Positions 55,101-64,000 of a DNA stretch of 64,000 bases are shown here, one piece after another. The notes beneath the pieces are model-generated. The model was not told where the DNA came from and ran no database searches. It worked only from the letters and a program-made list of their open reading frames with translations. Every line of letters starts with the position of its first letter. The stretch's first letter is position 1. Source of the DNA: Nemertoderma westbladi (lineage: Eukaryota; Animalia; Xenacoelomorpha); NCBI GenBank assembly GCA_032718475.1, contig JAUCBJ010000367.1:1-64000 (forward strand), read 5' to 3'. The position numbers and the translations under genes are program-made.

Positions 55101-58100
55101 GGGATGGGAGGTAGATATTCAACTAGAGATACACTCGGGAATCGGGAGATGGGAGGTAGATATTCAACTAGAGATACACTCGGGAATCGGGAGAGGGGAG
55201 GTAGATATTCAACTAGAGATGCACTCGGGAATCGGGAGATGGGAGGTAGATATTCAACTAGAGATGCACTCGGGAACGGGAGATGGGAGGTAGATATTCA
55301 ACTAGAGATACACTCGGGAATCGGGAGATGGGAGGTAGATATTCAACTAGAGATACACTCGGGAATCGGGAGAGGGGAGGTAGATATTCAACTAGAGATA
55401 CACTCGGGAATCGGGAGATGGGAGGTAGATATTCAACTAGAGATACACTCGGGAATCGGGAGAGGGAGGTAGATATTCAACTAGAGATACACTCGGGAAT
55501 CGGGAGATGGGAGGTAGATATTCAACTAGAGATACACTCGGGAATCGGGAGATGGGAGGTAGATATTCAACTAGAGATACACTCGGGAATCGGGAGATGG
55601 GAGGTAGATATTCAACTAGAGATACACTCGGGAATTGGGAGATGGGAGGTAGATATTCAACTAGAGATACACTCGGGAATCGGGAGATGGGAGGTAGATA
55701 TTCAACTAGAGATACACTCGGGAATCGGGAGATGGGAGGTAGATATTCAACTAGAGATACACTCGGGAATTGGGAGACGGGAGGTAGATATTCAACTAGA
55801 GATACACTCGGGAATCGGGAGATGGGAGGTAGATATTCAACTAGAGATACACTCGGGAATCGGGAGATGGGAGGTAGATATTCAACTAGAGATACACTCG
55901 GAATGGGAGACGGGAGGTAGATATTCAACTAGAGATACACTCGGGAGACGGGAGGTAGATATTCAACTAGAGATACACTCGGGAATCGGGAGATGGGAGG
56001 TAGATATTCAACTAGAGATACACTCGGGAATCGGGAGATGGGAGGTAGATATTCAACTAGAGATACACTCGGGAATCGGGAGATGGGAGGTAGATATTCA
56101 ACTAGAGATACACTCGGGAATGGAGACGGGAGGTAGATATTCAACTAGAGATACACTCGGGAATCGGGAGATGGGAGGTAGATATTCAACTAGAGATACA
56201 CTCGGGAATCGGGAGATGGGAGGTAGATATTCAACTAGAGATACACTCGGGAGATGGGAGGTAGATATTCAACTAGAGATACACTCGGGAATCGGGAGAT
56301 GGGAGGTATATATTCAACTAGCGATACACTCGGGAATCGGGAGATGGGAGATAGATATTCAACTAGAGATACACTCGGGAGAGGGAGGTAGATATTCAAC
56401 TAGAGATACACTCGGGAGATGGGAGGTAGATATTCAACTAGAGATACACTCGGGAATCGGGAGATGGGAGGTAGATATTCAACTAGAGATACACTCGGGA
56501 ATCGGGAGACGGGAGGTAGATATTCAACTAGAGATACACTCGGGAGATGGGAGGTAGATATTCAACTAGAGATACACTCGGGAATCGGGAGATGGGAGGT
56601 AGATATTCAACTAGAGATACACTCGGGAATCGGGAGAGGGAGGTAGATATTCAACTAGAGATACACTCGGGAATCGGGAGATGGGAGGTAGATATTCAAC
56701 TAGAGATACACTCGGGAATCGGGAGATGGGAGGTAGATATTCAACTAGAGATACACTCGGGAATCGGGAGACGGGAGGTAGATATTCAACTAGAGATACA
56801 CTCGGGAATCAGAAGACGGGAGGTAGATATTCAACTAGAGATACACTCGGGAATCGGGAGATGGGAGGTAGATATTCAACTAGAGATACACTCGGGAATC
56901 GGGAGATGGGAGGTAGATATTCAACTAGAGATACACTCGGGAATAGGGAGATGGGAGGTATATATTCAACTAGCGATACACTCGGGAATCAGAAGACAGG
57001 AGGTAGATATTCAACTAGAGATACACTCGGGAATCGGGAGGTAGATATTCAACTAGAGATACACTCGGGAATCGGGAGATGGGAGGTAGATATTCAACTA
57101 GAGATACACTCGGGAATCGGGAGATGGGAGGTAGATATTCAACTAGAGATACACTCGGGAGATGGGAGGTAGATATTCAACTAGAGATACACTCGGGAAT
57201 CGGGAGATGGGAGGTATATATTCAACTAGCGATACACTCGGGAATCGGGAGATGGGAGATAGATATTCAACTAGAGATACACTCGGGAATCGGGAGATGG
57301 GAGGTATATATTCAACTAGCGATGCACTCGGGAATCGGGAGATGGGAGATAGATATTCAACTAGAGATACACTCGGGAATCGGGAGATGGGGAGGTAGAT
57401 ATTCAACTAGAGATACACTCGGGAATCGGGAGGTAGATATTCAACTAGAGATACACTCGGGAATCGGGAGATGGGAGGTAGATATTCAACTAGAGATACA
57501 CTCGGGAGACGGGAGGTAGATATTCAACTAGAGATACACTCGGGAGACGGGAGATGGTAGGTAGATATTCAACTAGAGATACACTCGGGAGATGGGAGGT
57601 AGATATTCAACTAGAGATACACTCGGGAATCGGGAGATGGGAGGTAGATATTCAACTAGAGATACACTCGGGAATCGGGAGGTAGATATTCAACTAGAGA
57701 TACACTCGGGAATCGGGAGATGGGAGGTAGATATTCAACTAGAGATACACTCGGGAATCGGGAGATGGGAGGTAGATATTCAACTAGAGATACACTCGGG
57801 AATCGGGAGATGGGAGGTAGATATTCAACTAGAGATACACTCGGGAATCGGGAGATGGGAGGTAGATATTCAACTAGCGATACACTCGGGAGACGGGAGA
57901 TGGGAGGTAGATATTCAACTAGAGATACACTCGGGAGACGGGAGGTAGATATTCAACTAGAGATACACTCGGGAGACGGGAGATGGTAGGTAGATATTCA
58001 ACTAGAGATACACTCGGGAGATGGGAGGTAGATATTCAACTAGAGATACACTCGGGAATCGGGAGGTAGATATTCAACTAGAGATACACTCGGGAGACGG

Positions 58101-61079
58101 GAGATGGGAGGTAGATATTCAACTAGAGATACACTCGGGAGATGGGAGGTAGATATTCAACTAGAGATACACTCGGGAATCGGGAGGTAGATATTCAACT
58201 AGAGATACACTCGGGAATCGGGAGATGGGAGGTAGATATTCAACTAGAGATACACTCGGGAATCGGGAGATGGGAGGTAGATATTCAACTAGAGATACAC
58301 TCGGGAGACGGGAGGTAGATATTCAACTAGAGATACACTCGGGAGACGGGAGATGGGAGGTAGATATTCAACTAGAGATACACTCGGGAGATGGGAGGTA
58401 GATATTCAACTAGAGATACACTCGGGAATCGGGAGGTAGATATTCAACTAGAGATACACTCGGGAATCGGGAGATGGGAGGTAGATATTCAACTAGAGAT
58501 ACACTCGGGAATCGGGAGATGGGAGGTAGATATTCAACTAGAGATACACTCGGGAATCGGGAGATGGGAGGTAGATATTCAACTAGAGATACACTCGGGA
58601 ATCGGGAGATGGGAGGTAGATATTCAACTAGCGATACACTCGGGAGACGGGAGATGGGAGGTAGATATTCAACTAGAGATACACTCGGGAATCGGGAGAT
58701 GGGAGGTAGATATTCAACTAGAGATACACTCGGGAGACGGGAGATGGGAGGTAGATATTCAACTAGAGATACACTCGGGAATCGGGAGATGGGAGGTAGA
58801 TATTCAACTAGAGATACACTCGGGAATCAGGATATGGGAGGTAGATATTCAACTAGAGATACACTCGGGAATCAGGAGACGGGTTGTGGTAGATATTCAA
58901 CTAGCGATACACTCGGGAGACGGGAGATGGGAGGTAGATATTCAACTAGAGATACACTCGGGAATCGGGAGGTAGATATTCAACTAGAGATACACTCGGG
59001 AATCGGGAGATGGGAGGTAGATATTCAACTAGAGATACACTCGGGAATCGGGAGACGGGAGGTAGATATTCAACTAGCGATACACTCGGGAGACGGGAGA
59101 TGGGAGGTAGATATTCAACTAGAGATACAGTCGGGAGACGGGAGGTAGATATTCAACTAGAGATACACTCGGGAATCGGGAGATGGGAGGTAGATATTCA
59201 ACTAGCGATACACTCGGGAATCGGGAGATGGGAGGTAGATATTCAACTAGAGATACACTCGGGAATCGGGAGGTAGATATTCAACTAGAGATACACTCGG
59301 GAATCGGGAGGTAGATATTCAACTAGAGATACACTCGGGAATCAGGAGACGGGAGGTAGATATTCAACTAGAGATACACTCGGGAATCAGGAGACGGGAG
59401 GTAGATATTCAACTAGAGATACACTCGGGAATCAGAAGACGGGAGGTAGATATTCAACTAGAGATACACTCGGGAATCAGGAGATGGGAGGTAGATATTC
59501 AACTAGAGATACACTCGGGAATCAGAAGACTGGAGGTAGATATTCAACTAGAGATACACTCGGGAATCAGGAGACGGGAGGTAGATATTCAACTAGAGAT
59601 ACACTCGGGAATCGGGAGATGGGAGGTAGATATTCAACTAGAGATACACTCGGGAGACGGGAGGTAGATATTCAACTAGCGATACACTCGGGAATCGGGA
59701 GATGGGAGGTAGATATTCAACTAGAGATACACTCGGGAATCGGGAGATGGGAGGTAGATATTCAACTAGAGATACACTCGGGAATCGGGAGGTAGATATT
59801 CAACTAGAGATACACTCGGGAATCGGGAGGTAGATATTCAACTAGAGATACACTCGGGAATCAGGAGACGGGAGGTAGATATTCAACTAGAGATACACTC
59901 GGGAATCAGGAGACGGGAGGTAGATATTCAACTAGAGATACACTCGGGAATCAGAAGACGGGAGGTAGATATTCAACTAGAGATACACTCGAGAATCAGG
60001 AGATGGGAGGTAGATATTCAACTAGAGATACACTCGGGAATCAGAAGACGGGAGGTAGATATTCAACTAGAGATACACTCGGGAATCAGGAGACGGGAGG
60101 TAGATATTCAACTAGAGATACACTCGGGAATCGGGAGATGGGAGGTAGATATTCAACTAGAGATACACTCGGGAGACGGGAGGTAGATATTCAACTAGAG
60201 ATACACTCGGGAATCGGGAGATGGGAGGTAGATATTCAACTAGAGATACACTCGGGAATCGGGAGACGGGAGGTAGATATTCAACTAGAGATACACTCGG
60301 GAGATGGGAGGTAGATATTCAACTAGAGATACACTCGGAAATCGGGAGACGGGAGGTAGATATTCAACTAGAGATACACTCGGGAATCGGGAGATGGGAG
60401 GTAGATATTCAACTAGAGATACACTCGGGAGACGGGAGGTAGATATTCAACTAGCGATACACTCGGGAATCGGGAGATGGGAGGTAGATATTCAACTAGA
60501 GATACACTCGGGAATCAGAAGACGGGAGGTAGATATTCAACTAGAGATACACTCGGGAGACGGGAGGTAGATATTCAACTAGAGATACACTCGGGAATCG
60601 GGAGACGGGAGGTAGATATTCAACTAGAGATACACTCGGGAATCGGGAGATGGGAGGTGGATATTCAACTAGAGATACACACGGGAATCGGGAGATGGGA
60701 GGTAGATATTCAACTAGCGATACACTCGGGAATCGGGAGATGGGAGGTAGATATTCAACTAGAGATACACTCGGGAGACGGGAGGTAGATATTCAACTAG
60801 CGATACACTCGGGAATCGGGAGATGGGAGGTAGATATTCAACTAGAGATACACTCGGGAATCAGAAGACGGGAGGTAGATATTCAACTAGAGATACACTC
60901 GGGAGACGGGAGGTAGATATTCAACTAGAGATACACTCGGAATCGGGAGACGGGAGGTAGATATTCAACTAGAGATACACTCGGGAATCGGGAGATGGGA
61001 GGTGGATATTCAACTAGAGATACACACGGGAATCGGGAGATGGGAGGTAGATATTCAACTAGAGATACACTCGGGAATC
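16121..61079 (+). repeat. ~45-kb satellite array; consensus GGAGGTAGATATTCAACTAGAGATACACTCGGGAATCGGGAGATG (45 bp) with 38-bp variants
   Basis: Head-to-tail units throughout, roughly 1000 (length divided by ~43 bp); only non-satellite interruption is 20853-21350. Confidence 0.99.
20853..21350 (+). mobile_element. Complete 498-bp non-autonomous Helentron/HINE-like element inserted in the satellite
   Basis: ~65-bp subterminal inverted repeats (2 mismatches), (GTC)n microsatellite, two diverged ~145-bp core repeats, 3' hairpin ACTTCGTG-CTG-CGCGAAGT (21322-21340) 10 nt from the end, no clear TSD. Confidence 0.85.
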
Positions 61080-61908
61080 ACATTAGTACGATTTCGACTC
61101 GACGAAATCTACTAACTTTCCACCGCAGTTATTTTTCAACCATATGGTGATTTGTTGGTACTGTCGGAAAGCAGGCTATGCTAGGATTCCAAAAATGTAA
61201 AAACATTTGATTTTGGTTGGGAATAGCTGAGATAATGAGCGTTCAAAAATTACATGGTTTGATTGCGCGAGGGTATTTTATTCTATTTAAATAAATACAC
61301 CATATTCTGGAACATTTTGATGATGGATGAAAAGCTACGTAATAGTATGATTAAAGAGCTATTGCATTGTTGTCCAGCTACGTAATGGATAAACAAAAGG
61401 TGACGGTTCCATATAGTAATGTAATGTAATTGTTAGTACCTATTGTAACAAAGATGTATTGCATTGTTGCCAGTTACGTATTGGATAAACAAAATGTTCC
61501 AGAATATGAAGCATTTATTAAATAGAATAAAATAGCCTAGCGCAGATATAAAACCATGCAACTTTTGAAATCTCATATCTCAGCTATTTTTCAACGAAAT
61601 TCAGATTTACATATTTGGAATATCATCACAGCCAGCTTTCAAACAGGAACCAACAAACAGCAATAAGATAGACGAATAATTGTGATGGGACTGGTGCTAT
61701 ATCGCTGGAGACACATTTTCAAACTGGTTCACCCAGTAAGTGGTCGCGAAGTGAAACTATCTCTGTTACAAATTTCAGGCAATCTCATTAAAATTGTCAT
61801 TGTCAGAAAAAGTGTCATTGTATTACGATACTATATTTCGGGTATGGGTAAGGACCATTCCACGAACACGTCGTCAAAATGGCGATGTTCTGAAAGTCTT
61901 AATTTGAG

Positions 61909-61940
<32 letters not shown>

Positions 61941-61977
61941 GGGGGACTGGACGCAAAACCCGCCTTGGCGAATTAAT
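61057..61977 (-). mobile_element. Putative HINE/Helitron-like element containing a diverged ~200-bp inverted repeat (61118-61320 / 61491-61690)
   Basis: Minus-strand 3' end is a hairpin, 11 nt, then CTAG|TT; internal fold-back arms; poly-G then GACGCAAAAC..CCTTGGCGAATTAAT as candidate other end. Right limit inferred. Confidence 0.5.
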
Positions 61978-62229
61978 ATCCCGCTCCAATGTTAAAGTCT
62001 CAATTTATGGAAAGGAGCAGGTTACAGTGGATCGATATTTTAACCAAAACAATATACTAAACACAATAAAACAGGTTACAATTTTATTTTTGCTCGTAAA
62101 CAGCTGTTATTTGTGTCCAATTTCCCCTGGAGAGGAAGGAATTTGTATTGCGTCCAGTCCCCCCCCCCCCCCCCCCCCCCCTTATCTGCTTAATTGATAA
62201 CATTGTTTCTATTATGTTTCATAATAGGG

Positions 62230-62470
62230 TTGGTGCGCGAAAAAATTGTTGGGCTAGAAACAATTGAATAAGGGGTAGCAAGGTGCCCTGAGTCGAGAGG
62301 CGGGTTGGTGTGTTTTTTTTTGTAAAAACACAAGGAAACGGTCGAAATGGCGGGTTTAAATACGAGCGGGAAGCCAATTTTGAAAACCGGCTGTGATTGG
62401 CTGCTACTAGTGCTTTTATTTTGGTTTCTATGGATAGAGATTTTCGATCGATTCAAATGCATATTAAATT
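62230..62470. promoter_or_regulatory. Promoter-like motif cluster (E2F-like, CCAAT, CHR-like, GC boxes)
   Basis: GCGCGAAA, GGCGGG twice, and GCGGGAAGCCAATTTTGAAA...GATTGG within ~200 bp; no associated CDS identified. Confidence 0.35.
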
Positions 62471-63317
62471 TCAATCATTTTGCACGTGGCTTAGATCAAT
62501 TGAAAGCGGGGAATCTTGCGCGTCTTTTGACACTAAAAATGAAATAAATTCACAAAGAGGAAGATTGTTAAAATGCTGTTCACAATTGCAAACTCGACAG
62601 TTTTCCTGCCGGGTAGGCAGCACTTCCTTGCCTACCGGTCAGCGCTTGACTCAGCCCTATAAGCCTATTGCAGTATCTGAGTATTGCAGCTTTACTTCAT
62701 TAAGTTGGGTTTACCAGCGACATTTTTTAATATTCAAGTGTAGCCTACAGCCACTTATTAGAGAAGTGTCTGTAACGTCCAACCATATAGAGAAGCACAC
62801 AGAGCGTAACACACAGGGAGAAGTGCGACGCTGATTGGCTGAAACTTTACGGTGCTGTCAGGAAATTAGTACACGTTTATTTCGCGATACAATTCAGAAT
62901 TAATTTTAGGCCTATTACGATTATATCCTTATTTGGCTGTGTTATTTTTAAAAACCTCTTTGTGAGAAATAAGGGACATCCAACTTGGATTCGTCTAATA
63001 TATAAATGTTGTAGGGCCATATCATTTTATTTGACTGTTTGATACTAGAAAGCCAGCAAGCTGGCTATAAGAAGACCGTCTATAAGACAACAAAACCGAA
63101 AATCTAAAAGATAATCTAATCCCCAATCAAACATCAATCGCAATAAATATGTAAACCTCTTCCACCTTCCATGCAGCCTTGGATAAAGCAGAATTAATGC
63201 CATGACCAGTTCGGAGTTCTCAATAGACAACCCACCCCAACCAATGGATTTACTGAGACACACCGGCCAGCTTGCTACCTGTCTTCCCAGCTAGCCAGAG
63301 TTAAATAATTATACAAC

Positions 63318-63330
63318 GTTGCTATGATAC
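63318..63330 (+). promoter_or_regulatory. X-box-like motif
   Basis: GTTGCTATGATAC, one base different from the TMEM231 X-box; no linked gene seen. Confidence 0.3.
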
Positions 63331-63639
63331 AGAGAAAATCCTTCCCTATTCGCTACCAGAGCTGGGGGAAGATCTTCTTTGTGCTGGGGGTAAGAGCGCG
63401 TAAGAAAAGGGGGAAGAGGGGGAAAGAAAACGGGTATGGATCTATAAATAGCATCCAATGGGACGCCTCTATTTTACTACCGTTCTATACGGTAAACATA
63501 CAGCTGTCTACCTTATTGAGAAGTGGTAATACTACTTAATAGTTGCTAAACTTACCCCCACCCCCCACCCACCTATCATTACACACCTACTGTACTTAAC
63601 CATACATACCCATTCCTACATACCTACTTACACATTCCC

Positions 63640-64000
63640 TCCCACCCACCTAAGCACGTCGACTTAACTGCACCCACCCACCCACCTAAGCACACCTACT
63701 TAACCGCACCCACCTACCCACCTAAGCACGTATACTTACCCGCACCCACCCACCTACCTAAGCACAACTACTTAACTGCACCCACCCACCCTCCTAAGCA
63801 CGTTTACTTAACCGCACCCACCCACCAACCTAAGCACGTCTAGTTAACCACACCCACCCACCCTCCGACCTAAGCACATCGACTTAACCGCACCCACCCA
63901 CCTAAGCACTAAGCACACCTACTTAACCGTACCCACCTACCCACCTAAGCACACCTACTTAACCGCACCCACCCACCCTCCTAAGCACGTCTACTTAACC
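63640..64000. repeat. C-rich ~36-44-bp minisatellite (CACCCACCCACCTAAGCACGTCTACTTAACCG), runs off window
   Basis: Directly visible tandem units with variable numbers of CCCA subrepeats. Confidence 0.92.

Noticed and set aside
16153-60916. Numerous ORFs (MGGRYSTRDTLGNRE / EVDIQLEIHSGIGR repeats), including 823 aa at 39637-42108
   Set aside because: The 45-bp unit is stop-free in two frames by chance and 38-bp units shift frame freely; no sign of frame selection or unique domains.
16121-61079. CRISPR array (constant repeat plus variable spacer)
   Set aside because: Spacers are only 7-14 bp from a few reused words; no cas genes; eukaryotic context.
16121-61079. Telomeric repeat
   Set aside because: Flanked by non-array sequence on both sides; no TTAGG/TTAGGG-type unit.
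2922-62181. Poly-C/G tracts (~2922, 10313, 14258, 61912, 62159)
   Set aside because: Simple homopolymers of unreliable length with no consistent context.
61682-63539. Short ORFs right of the array
   Set aside because: No recognisable domains; poly-Gly and poly-Pro come from homopolymer runs.

Overview
Eukaryotic (metazoan, probably invertebrate) genomic DNA. About 45 kb (16121-61079) is a single strand-asymmetric satellite array: a ~31-bp core plus one or two 7-bp GGGA-NNN modules, giving 38- or 45-bp units. The array has kilobase-scale higher-order duplications, layered variant zones and one 498-bp Helentron/HINE-type insertion. It starts ~400 bp upstream of an intact, intronless TMEM231 ciliary gene (minus strand) with an RFX X-box. 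The monomer appears to be the amplified 3' terminus (CTAG plus half-hairpin) of a Helitron/HINE-like element whose body follows at 61057-~61977. The first 16 kb is a TE patchwork: four pieces of one RTE-like LINE, tRNA-derived SINEs, HINE fragments, a Mutator-type MITE with a 9-bp TSD, palindromic minisatellites, an M13/neprilysin N-terminal exon and a probable coiled-coil exon. The array ORFs are repeat artefacts. All analysis is by eye; the organism cannot be identified and family names rest on structural hallmarks, not database hits.
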